DNA of 64,000 bases from Lentisphaeria bacterium (GTDB taxonomy: Bacteria > Verrucomicrobiota > Lentisphaeria > Victivallales > UBA1829). Both the position numbers and the translations under genes were made by a program. The stretch covers positions 52,283-116,282 of the forward strand of contig DPDG01000050.1 of the NCBI GenBank assembly GCA_003526375.1. The letters run 5' to 3'. The number at the start of each line of letters is the position of its first letter. Positions within the stretch are counted from its first letter, which is position 1. The notes beneath the pieces were generated by a model. It did no database searches, was not told the origin of the DNA, and was given only the letters and a program-made list of their open reading frames with translations. Below are positions 26,298-35,448 of the stretch, piece after piece.

Positions 26298-26449
26298 GGT
26301 ACTCTCTCCTTTTTTATCTGATATTTTCAAGCATATCACAAAAAAATCAGATATCAAACAGAATTCAGAAAACAAGCTGTTTTTTTGTAAAAAAACTCAA
26401 ACGTTCCTCCCTTTCACAAAGGGCAGGAGAACCCAGAAAACAGATTCAA

Positions 26450-26477
26450 TGAAAAAGCCGGGATGTCTCACCCGGCT
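26450..26477 (-). terminator. Intrinsic terminator downstream of carB
   Basis: On the minus strand: AGCCGGG, 8-nt loop, CCCGGCT, followed by TTTTTCATT (plus-strand coordinates 26456-26477 plus the A-run 26451-26455). Confidence 0.65.
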
Positions 26478-26504
26478 CTGAGATTCACTTTCAGTCAGAA
26501 AAGC

Positions 26505-29500
26505 TCAATCGTTTTCATGATATTCCTGAAGCGACTTCGGAGATGCGTCCTTGTTATGAAGGACAGCCTGAATTCCTTTTACGGTGGCATTCGCCGCGGC
26601 GATTGTCGTCATATACGGAATCTTGTGCTGAGTCGCCATCATGCGGATGTAGCTGTCACTGGTCTTGCCCTCTCTGCCGACAGGGGTATTGAAGATCAGG
26701 TTCAACTGCTTGTTCTTGATCATGTCGCCAATGTTCGGACGTCCTTCCAGCAGCTTCTTGACATGGGTGTTCGGGATTCCGTTTTCCGTCAGGAATTTGC
26801 TGGTGCCTTCCGTCGCGAAGATCTCGAATCCGAGTTCATGGATATGCTGCGCAATCGGAAGCAGATACTTGCGCTCGCGTCTTGCAACGGAGATCAGCAC
26901 CTTGCCGGCGGTCGGAAGCTTGAATCCGGCGGCTTCCTCGGCTTTGTAGTAGGCAAGCCCGAAACTGTCCGCCAACCCCATGACTTCGCCGGTCGCACGC
27001 ATTTCCGGTCCGAGAACCGGGTCAACTTCCGGGAACATATTGAACGGGAATACAGCCTCTTTCACGCCATAGAAACCGTCGCAGGCGACCTTGATCGTAC
27101 CGAGTTCCCCGAGCTTCTTTCCAAGCATGAGCTGTGTCGCGAGCTTCGCAAGCGGCACGCCTGTGACTTTGGAAATCACCGGTACCGTTCTGGACGCACG
27201 CGGATTCGCCTCAATGATATAAACTTTATCCTCGCAGATCGCATACTGGACGTTCATAATGCCCATGACCTTGAAATCCAGCGCAATCGCCGCGGTATAT
27301 TTGCGGATCGTCTCCTGGTGTTTCTCCGGGATCGTAACCGGAGGAATCACGCAGGCGGAATCGCCGGAGTGAATGCCGGCAAGCTCGATATGCTCCATGA
27401 TCGAAGCAACGAACGTATCGGTGCCGTCGGAAACCGCGTCGACTTCGCATTCGATGGCGTTGTCGAGGAAGCGGTCGATCAGCATCGGAAATTCGGGGCT
27501 GACCTGAAGCGACTCCACCGCGTATTTCTTCAACATCTCCTCGTCATAAATCACTTCCATGCCGCGCCCGCCGAGAACGAATGAAGGACGCACCATCACA
27601 GGGTAGCCGATCTTCGCGGCAAGAGCGACAGCCTGATCGAGAGAACGGGCGCACCCGCTTTCCGGCTGGGGAATGCCCAGTTTGATCATGCGCTCACGGA
27701 AATATTCACGGTCTTCGGCAAGACGGATTCCCTCCGGCTGCGTGCCGATGATGTTCACGCCGTTGTCCTTGAGCTCCTGCGCGAGATTCAGCGGAGTCTG
27801 TCCGCCGAACTGGACGATCACACCGTCCGGTTTTTCCTTGTCGTAAATGGCAAGCACGTCTTCGACAGTCAGCGGCTCGAAATAGAGCTTGTTGCTGGTG
27901 TCATAGTCCGTGGAAACCGTTTCCGGATTACAGTTGACCATGATGGATTCATAATCATTGTCACGCAGAGTGAATGCCGCATGGACACAGGTGTAATCGA
28001 ATTCGATGCCCTGTCCGATCCGGTTCGGACCGCCTCCGAGCACCATGATCTTGCGATGGCTGGAAACCGGAACATCGTCCTGCGCTTCCAGAGCGTAGGT
28101 GGAGTAGTAGTAAGCGGCATTTTCGACTCCGCTGACCTTGAGTTCCTGGAATTTGGCGTGCATTCCCATGGCTTTGCGACGCTCGCGGACATCTTTTTCC
28201 GTCGTATTGAAGAGCTTGGCAAGATATTTGTCGGAGAAGCCGAACAGTTTGGCTTTCCGCAACAGTTCATCGGGAAGACTCGGGAACGCATATTTGGCAA
28301 GTTCGATCTCACAGTCCGCGATCTCGCGCATCTGTTCGATGAAGTAGGGCGTAATGGAAGTCATCCTGATGATCTCCTCCACGCTCATTCCTTTGAGCAT
28401 CGCCTCATAGATCAGGAAGAAACGTTCATTGGTCGGGCTGACCAGGCGCGCCTTGAGTTCATCAAGGGAAAGAGCCTGGAACTTCTTGACCTGTCCGAGT
28501 CCGGAACGGCCGATCTCAAGGGAACGGATCGCTTTCTGGAACGCCTCCTTGAAGTTCTTGCCGATGGACATCACTTCTCCGACCGCCTTCATCTGCGTGC
28601 CGAGAGTCGTTTTTGCCTGCGGGAACTTCTCAAACGCCCAGCGCGCGAATTTCACGACGACGTAATCGCCGTAAGGCTCGTATTTTTCAAGCGTTCCCTT
28701 GCGCCAGTAGGGAATTTCGTCCAGCGTCATGCCCGTGGCAAGAAGCGTGGAAACATGTGCAATCGGGAAACCGGTCGCTTTGGAAGCAAGCGCGGAAGAA
28801 CGGGAGGTTCTGGGATTGATTTCGATCACGACAATCCGGTTGTCTTCGCGGTTGTGCGCGAACTGAACGTTGGTTCCGCCCGTCACGCCGACCGCATCCA
28901 CAATCCGGTAGGCATAATCCTGCAGACGCTCCTGAACTTCCTTCGGGACGGTCAGCATCGGAGCGACACAGAAACTGTCTCCGGTATGCACGCCCATCGG
29001 ATCGACATTTTCAATGAAACAGACGGTGATCTTCTGCCCCTTGGCGTCGCGGACCACTTCCAGCTCCAGCTCCTCCCAGCCGAGCACGCACTCTTCCACG
29101 AGCACCTGCCCGATCAGGCTGGCGGCAAGCCCGCGCGTCATGACCTGGCGGAGCTCCTCCACGTTATAGACGATACCGCCGCCGGTTCCGCCCATCGTAT
29201 AGGCAGGGCGGAGCACCACGGGATAACCGAGTTTGTCTGCAATGGCTTCCGCCTCTTCCACCGTGTAGGATGGCTCGGAGTGCGGAACGGGAACACCGAG
29301 AGCCGCCATGGTCTTTTTGAATTCGATGCGGTCTTCACCGCGCTTGATCGCGTCAAGATCGACGCCGATCACCTTCACATTGTATTTGGCGAGGATGCCC
29401 TTTTCATGAAGTTCGGAAGAAAGGTTGAGTGCAGTCTGTCCGCCGAGGTTCGGCAGGAGCGCATCGGGCTTTTCCTTGGCGATGATCTGTTCAAGGCGCT

Positions 29501-29714
29501 GTGCGGTAAGAGGCTCGATGTAGGTGTGGTCCGCCATGCCGGGGTCCGTCATGATGGTGGCGGGATTGGAGTTGACCAGAACGATCTCGTATCCGGCCCC
29601 TCTGAGCGCCTTGCATGCCTGGGTCCCCGAATAATCGAATTCACATGCCTGTCCGATAATGATCGGGCCGGAACCGATGATCAGGATCTTTTTGATGTCC
29701 GTGCGTTTTGTCAT
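26505..29714 (-). CDS. carB: Carbamoyl-phosphate synthase large subunit
   Basis: ILIIGSGPIIIGQACEFDYSG and the second-half repeat VLGGGPNRIGQGIEFDY. Duplicated ATP-grasp halves and a C-terminal MGS-like domain. The start is trimmed to ATG 29714 (MTKRTDIKK). No carA is adjacent. Confidence 0.96.
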   Translation of the reverse strand: MTKRTDIKKILIIGSGPIIIGQACEFDYSGTQACKALRGAGYEIVLVNSNPATIMTDPGMADHTYIEPLTAQRLEQIIAKEKPDALLPNLGGQTALNLSSELHEKGILAKYNVKVIGVDLDAIKRGEDRIEFKKTMAALGVPVPHSEPSYTVEEAEAIADKLGYPVVLRPAYTMGGTGGGIVYNVEELRQVMTRGLAASLIGQVLVEECVLGWEELELEVVRDAKGQKITVCFIENVDPMGVHTGDSFCVAPMLTVPKEVQERLQDYAYRIVDAVGVTGGTNVQFAHNREDNRIVVIEINPRTSRSSALASKATGFPIAHVSTLLATGMTLDEIPYWRKGTLEKYEPYGDYVVVKFARWAFEKFPQAKTTLGTQMKAVGEVMSIGKNFKEAFQKAIRSLEIGRSGLGQVKKFQALSLDELKARLVSPTNERFFLIYEAMLKGMSVEEIIRMTSITPYFIEQMREIADCEIELAKYAFPSLPDELLRKAKLFGFSDKYLAKLFNTTEKDVRERRKAMGMHAKFQELKVSGVENAAYYYSTYALEAQDDVPVSSHRKIMVLGGGPNRIGQGIEFDYTCVHAAFTLRDNDYESIMVNCNPETVSTDYDTSNKLYFEPLTVEDVLAIYDKEKPDGVIVQFGGQTPLNLAQELKDNGVNIIGTQPEGIRLAEDREYFRERMIKLGIPQPESGCARSLDQAVALAAKIGYPVMVRPSFVLGGRGMEVIYDEEMLKKYAVESLQVSPEFPMLIDRFLDNAIECEVDAVSDGTDTFVASIMEHIELAGIHSGDSACVIPPVTIPEKHQETIRKYTAAIALDFKVMGIMNVQYAICEDKVYIIEANPRASRTVPVISKVTGVPLAKLATQLMLGKKLGELGTIKVACDGFYGVKEAVFPFNMFPEVDPVLGPEMRATGEVMGLADSFGLAYYKAEEAAGFKLPTAGKVLISVARRERKYLLPIAQHIHELGFEIFATEGTSKFLTENGIPNTHVKKLLEGRPNIGDMIKNKQLNLIFNTPVGREGKTSDSYIRMMATQHKIPYMTTIAAANATVKGIQAVLHNKDASPKSLQEYHEND

Positions 29715-29969
29715 CTGCTTGACTGCATCCTTTCTCTCTCTTGAATATGTAAGGTTATCTGAAATAATGACGTAAACAAAATATGATAATATCGCCTTGA
29801 AACAGCAATTTTTCAAGTTTTCCGTCCATGTTTTTACGATAAAAATATCTTGCTGAATATGAGGCGGTATGCACGTATTTGCAAAAGTGAGGGCTTTCCA
29901 TGCTGGTAAATCGCAAATTCCGGTGTATATTTCTTCCCAGAACGTTTATTTGAAGGATTCCGATCTGAT

Positions 29970-30941
29970 ATGGGACATACGAAAAAAGCAAAAAATACAT
30001 TCCTGATGGAAGTGGAATACCGTCTGTTTCTGCTGATTCCGCTCCTGATCCGCGCTTTGAGCCTGAAACACGCCTATGCGCTGGCAAAAGTCTGTGCGCA
30101 GCTCTTTTACATGGCGGATTTCAAGCATCGCAAACGCGCCGTCACTCATATTCTTCACAGCGGAATACGAACCACGCTCCCCGAAGCAAAAGCGCTTGCC
30201 AGAGCGAATTTCCTTCACATGCTGAAAGTCTTTATCGAAGTCGTAAAATGCGATCAGATCGTCACAGCGGAAAATTATCACGAACATTTCCGCTACGAAT
30301 CCGATTCACCCGAACTGGGCAAGATGATCGACCCGGAACATCCGGTCACAGCGATCCTTGCTTCAGCGCACCTCGGCAACTGGGAACTCGCCGGCAATAT
30401 CTACACTCTGATGTCCGGTCAGAATCTTTGTTCGATCATGCGCCCGCTGGCAAATCAGAAGCTGGGAGAATATTTCTACACGCACCGCATGAGCAAAAAA
30501 CATACGACCGTATCCAAAGAAAAAGGAATCCGCCCGCTGCTCGCCGCGCTGAACCGGGGTGATTCCATCGCCATCGTCTCCGACCAGCACGCCAGCAGCC
30601 GCGAGGGAGTTGAAATCACATTCTTCGGGCATCCGGCACGGGCGCATATGTCCGTCGCACTGCTCCATTTGAAGACCGGGCATCCGATTCTGCCGATCCT
30701 TGCCGTGCGCGAGGACGACAACTATCACTTCAAGCTTACGGGAACCGCGCCGATCCGTTACACCCCGACCGGAGACAAGGAGCATGACATCCGGGAGATC
30801 ACCCAGCTCTATTCCAATGCGTTCGAGGAGCTGATCCGCAAATATCCCGATCAGTGGCTCTGGGCACACCGCCGCTGGCTCGACTGCAACAGAAACAATC
30901 AGAAAAAGGATGATGCAAATGATAAAAAAACCGGTCACTGA
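29970..30941 (+). CDS. Lipid A biosynthesis late acyltransferase (LpxL/HtrB family)
   Basis: N-terminal TM, the catalytic HX4E-type box SAHLGNWELAG, and ...AIVSDQHAS...FFGHPARAHMSVALL.. The start could instead be the internal MEVEYRL. Confidence 0.8.
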   Translation: MGHTKKAKNTFLMEVEYRLFLLIPLLIRALSLKHAYALAKVCAQLFYMADFKHRKRAVTHILHSGIRTTLPEAKALARANFLHMLKVFIEVVKCDQIVTAENYHEHFRYESDSPELGKMIDPEHPVTAILASAHLGNWELAGNIYTLMSGQNLCSIMRPLANQKLGEYFYTHRMSKKHTTVSKEKGIRPLLAALNRGDSIAIVSDQHASSREGVEITFFGHPARAHMSVALLHLKTGHPILPILAVREDDNYHFKLTGTAPIRYTPTGDKEHDIREITQLYSNAFEELIRKYPDQWLWAHRRWLDCNRNNQKKDDANDKKTGH

Positions 30942-31626
30942 CTTTGACTCGCGCAGGATTCTGGTATCCCCGTCCCTGCTTGCCGCCGACTTCGCCAACC
31001 TTGCCGGCGAAATCAAACGTGTGGAAACAGCCGGCGCGGATCTGCTGCATCTCGACATCATGGACGGGCATTTCGTCCCGAATCTCACCATGGGGCCGCC
31101 CGTCATCGCGGCGATACGCAAACACTCCATGCTGACTTTCGACACCCATCTGATGATCACCAATCCAATCAGGTATATCAAACCTTTTTCCAAAGCCGGC
31201 GCAGATCATATCACGTTTCATCTGGAGTCCGACGACGACCCGAATGAAACGATCAGAGCGATCCGCGAGGAGGGCTGCTCCGTGGGAATCTCCCTCAAGC
31301 CCGCGACTCCGGCGTCCGCGCTCGTCAACTATATCGACAAAATCGACCTCGTGCTCGTCATGACGGTAGAGCCGGGATTCGGCGGACAGTCGTTCATGGC
31401 GGATATGATTCCGAAAGTCGCGGAAATCCGCGAACTGGCGGAAAAGCTCAACCCGAAGCTCCATATCGAAGTGGACGGCGGAATCGACGGCGAGACCGTC
31501 AAGCAGATTGTCCCCGCCGGAGCCAACATGCTGGTTGCGGGAACTGCGGTCTTCCGTGCCGAAGACGGAGCTCAGGCGGCAATCGAGCGTCTGCACAACG
31601 CCCAGAAGCTGCTGCCGGTTCACTGA
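30919..31626 (+). CDS. rpe: Ribulose-phosphate 3-epimerase
   Basis: SPSLLAADFANLAGEIKRVE..ADLLHLDIMDGHFVPNLTMGP and ...VMTVEPGFGGQSF.. Three in-frame ATGs lie at 30910, 30913 and 30919. I chose 30919 because of its spacing to AAAGGA. The gene overlaps the end of the acyltransferase gene. Confidence 0.92.
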   Translation: MIKKPVTDFDSRRILVSPSLLAADFANLAGEIKRVETAGADLLHLDIMDGHFVPNLTMGPPVIAAIRKHSMLTFDTHLMITNPIRYIKPFSKAGADHITFHLESDDDPNETIRAIREEGCSVGISLKPATPASALVNYIDKIDLVLVMTVEPGFGGQSFMADMIPKVAEIRELAEKLNPKLHIEVDGGIDGETVKQIVPAGANMLVAGTAVFRAEDGAQAAIERLHNAQKLLPVH

Positions 31627-31633
31627 ATCCCTC

Positions 31634-33355
31634 ATGAAGCATCTCTATTTTTTCAGAGACTACCTGACGGAACATTACGGAAAGGCGCTCCAGAGGATTC
31701 CGTTCGATCTGGGATTGTCCTGTCCGCACCGGAAACCGGACGGTTCCGGCGGATGCGCTTTCTGTGCGGAAAACGGTTCCGCCGCACGCCACCTGTCCCC
31801 GGACATGAGCATAGCGAAACAGGCGGAGCGCGGCATCCGTTATGTCAAAGAACGTTACGGAGCGGAAGCCCCCTATCTCGCCTATTTCCAATCTTTCACC
31901 AACACCTATGCGGATATTGAGACATTGAAGCGCCTTTATGAGGAGGCGCTGTCCACCGCGGACTATAAAATCGTGATCATCGCGACACGCCCGGACTGCC
32001 TGAGTGAAGAATGTGTGGAATATCTCGCATCCCTGAAAAACAGATACGAGGTCTGGGTTGAGCTCGGTGTCCAGAGCGCCAATGACGCCACGCTGAAAAA
32101 GATCAACCGGGGACACGGTTTCGCCGCCGTGGCAGATGCTGTGAAACGCCTTGATGCACGCGGAATCAAAGTCGCCGCCCATGTGATCCTCGGACTTCCC
32201 GGCGAGGACCGCAAAGATTATCTTGCAACGGCGGAACAGATTGCCGCCCTCCCCTTTTCCGGCATCAAAGTGCATAACCTGCTGATCCTGAAAGGCACTC
32301 CAATGGCGCGGATGCTAAACGACGGGGAAGCGGCGCCGCTCAACGAATACGAATATGCCGGCGCTCTTGCGGACTTCCTTCTGCACCTGCCGGAAAAAAT
32401 GGTCGTAATGCGCCTCAGCGCCGAGGCGGAACCGTCGGAAGTGATTGCGCCGAAATGGTGGATGAAAAAAGGACAGTTTCTCGAAATGTTCCGGCAGGTG
32501 TTCCGGGAACGTTCGGAAGGAAATGCAGACGGAATCCGCGCAGTCAGGACGGAAGACGGCTCCTATACGCTGTATCACCCGGAGTACCGCCAGCATTTCC
32601 ACAGCATCGCGGGAGCGCGGGCGGAATCATGGAAGAAATACATCGAACCGTGCCGGATCGAAGAACGCCTGGCAACGGGAGACGATGTCGCGATTCTCGA
32701 TATCGGTTTCGGCATGGGTTACAACGTCGCCGCGCTCGCCGAACTTGCGGAACGGACGGCGAAAGGCAGGATTCATGCCGTTTCTCTGGAAATGGACCGC
32801 AATACGCTCAGGAACGCCCTCCTGCTACCGGATTTTCCGCGAAAAGATGTTCTGGAAGCGCTTTCCGCCGGGAACTGCTATCAAAGCACTTATGCGGAGA
32901 TCGCGATTGCGTGGGGTGATGCACGGCAATATGTTTTGAATACGCAGGAAAAATTCGATTTTCTGTTTCTCGACGCTTTTTCGCCGGACAAAAATCCGGA
33001 ACTCTGGACCTTTGAATTCATCGCCTCGCTGAAACGGCTTCTGAATCCCGGCGGATGCCTCGCGACCTATTCTTCGGCATATCCGTTTCTCGGAGCCCTG
33101 CACCTGAACGGATTCCATATTTTCGAATCCGCTCCATTCGGCAGAAAACGCGGCGGAACGGTCGCTTCGCCGTCATTGCTGGAACATTTGCCGCCTCTGC
33201 GGGAAAAAGAGTTCCTGATCGCCACGAAATCCACGGCGGGAACTCCTTACCATGATCCTGCGCACACCTGGACCCGCCGGGAAATTCTGGAAGACCACGC
33301 CCGCAGAGTCGCGGAACGCCGCGCCTCCGGCATCCCGAAATGGTACAAAGGATAA
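31634..33355 (+). CDS. Fusion protein: TIGR01212-type radical SAM enzyme (YhcC/YtqA-like) + MnmC-type SAM-dependent methyltransferase domain
   Basis: N-terminal half is collinear with E. coli YhcC: LSCPHRKPDGSGGCAFC, YLAYFQSFTNTYA, TRPDC, YEVWVELGVQSANDATLKKINRGH, IKVHNLLILKGT. C-terminal half carries the MnmC methyltransferase boxes: ILDIGFGMGYN, FDFLFLDAFSPDKNPELWT, GGCLATYSSA...GF...FGRKR. The start is trimmed to ATG 31634. Confidence 0.85.
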   Translation: MKHLYFFRDYLTEHYGKALQRIPFDLGLSCPHRKPDGSGGCAFCAENGSAARHLSPDMSIAKQAERGIRYVKERYGAEAPYLAYFQSFTNTYADIETLKRLYEEALSTADYKIVIIATRPDCLSEECVEYLASLKNRYEVWVELGVQSANDATLKKINRGHGFAAVADAVKRLDARGIKVAAHVILGLPGEDRKDYLATAEQIAALPFSGIKVHNLLILKGTPMARMLNDGEAAPLNEYEYAGALADFLLHLPEKMVVMRLSAEAEPSEVIAPKWWMKKGQFLEMFRQVFRERSEGNADGIRAVRTEDGSYTLYHPEYRQHFHSIAGARAESWKKYIEPCRIEERLATGDDVAILDIGFGMGYNVAALAELAERTAKGRIHAVSLEMDRNTLRNALLLPDFPRKDVLEALSAGNCYQSTYAEIAIAWGDARQYVLNTQEKFDFLFLDAFSPDKNPELWTFEFIASLKRLLNPGGCLATYSSAYPFLGALHLNGFHIFESAPFGRKRGGTVASPSLLEHLPPLREKEFLIATKSTAGTPYHDPAHTWTRREILEDHARRVAERRASGIPKWYKG

Positions 33356-33371
33356 CCGGCAAGAAGCATAT

Positions 33372-33419
33372 AAAAAAATCCATAAGCACTGCCCTGAAGC
33401 AGAAACAGCGCTTACGGAT
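33372..33419 (-). terminator. Intrinsic terminator downstream of the esterase gene
   Basis: 14-nt arms at 33378-33391 and 33406-33419. The two non-Watson-Crick positions are G-U on the minus transcript and A-C on the plus transcript. On the minus strand the stem is followed by TTTTTTTATAT. Confidence 0.6.
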
Positions 33420-33424
33420 ACAAC

Positions 33425-35287
33425 TTAATCCAGCTCAACGGGCAGAGTGACTTCCTGCTCCGCATTCCGTTTCGTCCGCTTCAGATCCGTACGGGCGATA
33501 TCAAGGGATACTCCCCACGCCGCGCCATGGTGCAATGCCAGCGCAAACATCACCTCGTGCCGTCCTTTTTCCCATACTGCATCCAAGTGATGCTGCTCCG
33601 GGACAATCGGATTGGTTCCATTCTTATCCGTATATACGGCTTTGCCGTCAACAAACATTTTCACGGGTCCGTCATATCCGAACAGCAGACGCACCTGCAT
33701 CGGCTCCGGCACGTCATAAACACTGCGGAAGAAACGGACTCCCTGCCGGTCTGCATATTGAGTGTGGTCAGGCGGAATCACAAAGGTTTTCTGCGGCGGC
33801 ACGGAATAAGAAAGTTTTACGGAGTCGGCATATTTGATCCGATCCAGTTCCTCGGTCCCGAACAGCGGCTCGCTGACCTGCATCTTTGCGGTATACGGCG
33901 TCTTGAAGTATTCGCCGAAAAGCAGCTGCCACGTAAACGCCGGAAGCGAACGTCCGGCGCTGTCATGAATATTGCAGCAGGGATTCGCACAGCAGCCGTA
34001 GCCGAGATTCATCGCCGGCGCGCCGAAACCGCAGTGAAGAATCGCAGTATTTCCTTTCAGTTCCGTCCGGAAACTCAAATCCTCCTGAGAGTTGTTGAAC
34101 ATGAATCCCACGGGACGCCCTGCCGACACCAGTTCTCCCGCGACATTTTTAAATGATACAATAAACTGAACTTCATTGATTTTCGGAAGATATTTCATTT
34201 TGACCGAGTCCAGTTCGATCGGCGGGGGAAGCGCATCTTTCCCCCCGGTAAGCGTATATGCGGCTTCCGCAAGACGCCGCCCCAGTATGATCTGGGATTT
34301 TCCGCTGAGATGAATCCCGTCATCCAGTTCCAGGTCAATCGCGGGGACAGTCAGCAGATTCCGTATTGAGTTCTGCAATGTCCTCTGAATCTCGCGAATG
34401 CAGATCCAGTTTTTATCCGACGTGGCGTCGGTATAAATCAGACGTGCGATCTGCACCTGCACAAACGGCATTCCGGGAAAACGGAAATCCCGTCTGAGTG
34501 CTTTCACAAACCGGATCATATTCTGGCGGAACAGTGGAATCGTCTCCTCCTTCGCATCGGAACATCCCTGATACCAGATCATCCCGGAAACAAAGCCGCC
34601 GTTGCGTTTCACCCGGTTCAGCATCGCCCCATAAAGCGAATTGTCGCCATCCTTCTTCAACTTCGGGTCCCACTGCGCCATGGTCGTTCCACCGTGAGCA
34701 CAGCAGATCAAGCCCTGCGGGACACCGGTCAGGCGGAACATTTCATTGGCGAAAGAAACGCCGGGTCCCGCCCCCTTCCCCATCGGATCTTTCCAGTCTG
34801 CCGGCTGCGGGCCGTCAACGCCGCGCAGTCTCCAATGCACCGGGGCATGGGCGACCGGTGGACACGTGATCGGCTCCTCCGCCCTGCCCCAGCGGTCATC
34901 CATATAATAAGCGCGCACCATCGGCGAAGAATTCTTATACGCGCCGGAAAGATTGCCGTATCCCTGCATGTTGGACTGTCCGCCAAGCACCCAGACATCC
35001 CCCACCAGCACATCCTTCAACGTAAGAGATTCCTTTCCGACAGTAACCGTAATCCGGTAAGGGCCTCCCGCTTTCAGTCCCTCCAGCACACCGCTGAACT
35101 TACCGGCGGAGGCACGTCCGCACACTCTCCCCGTCATCCCCTCGATCTTTCCGCCGTCAGCGCCGCATACACTGACTTTAACTTGCCCTCCGCCGGAGGA
35201 GCACTCCCCGGTAAAAGGCTGTTCACTGACGCCGTCGGCATTCCGGCGGATCACCATCTGTTCAAAAAGACCTGTCAGAATCTTCAT
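33425..35287 (-). CDS. Sialate O-acetylesterase-like carbohydrate esterase (SASA/DUF303, SGNH-type)
   Basis: Hallmark GDVWVLGGQSNMQG, followed by ...CCAHGGTTMAQW and ...MIWYQGCSD.. An extra C-terminal beta-rich domain is present. The start is trimmed to ATG 35287 (MKILTGLFEQ). Confidence 0.8.
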   Translation of the reverse strand: MKILTGLFEQMVIRRNADGVSEQPFTGECSSGGGQVKVSVCGADGGKIEGMTGRVCGRASAGKFSGVLEGLKAGGPYRITVTVGKESLTLKDVLVGDVWVLGGQSNMQGYGNLSGAYKNSSPMVRAYYMDDRWGRAEEPITCPPVAHAPVHWRLRGVDGPQPADWKDPMGKGAGPGVSFANEMFRLTGVPQGLICCAHGGTTMAQWDPKLKKDGDNSLYGAMLNRVKRNGGFVSGMIWYQGCSDAKEETIPLFRQNMIRFVKALRRDFRFPGMPFVQVQIARLIYTDATSDKNWICIREIQRTLQNSIRNLLTVPAIDLELDDGIHLSGKSQIILGRRLAEAAYTLTGGKDALPPPIELDSVKMKYLPKINEVQFIVSFKNVAGELVSAGRPVGFMFNNSQEDLSFRTELKGNTAILHCGFGAPAMNLGYGCCANPCCNIHDSAGRSLPAFTWQLLFGEYFKTPYTAKMQVSEPLFGTEELDRIKYADSVKLSYSVPPQKTFVIPPDHTQYADRQGVRFFRSVYDVPEPMQVRLLFGYDGPVKMFVDGKAVYTDKNGTNPIVPEQHHLDAVWEKGRHEVMFALALHHGAAWGVSLDIARTDLKRTKRNAEQEVTLPVELD

Positions 35288-35448
35288 TTCCCATCCTGTC
35301 TCCGTTGTTTTTGAAAGAAAACGCATATAAGATATCCCGGCGGCAAATACATACAAGCCTGAAGATTCAGAAAATCGTAAAAATCATCCGTTGAAGATTG
35401 TATTTTCCGGACAGCTCCGCTATATTGCGGTGAATAATATGGGAGCAG

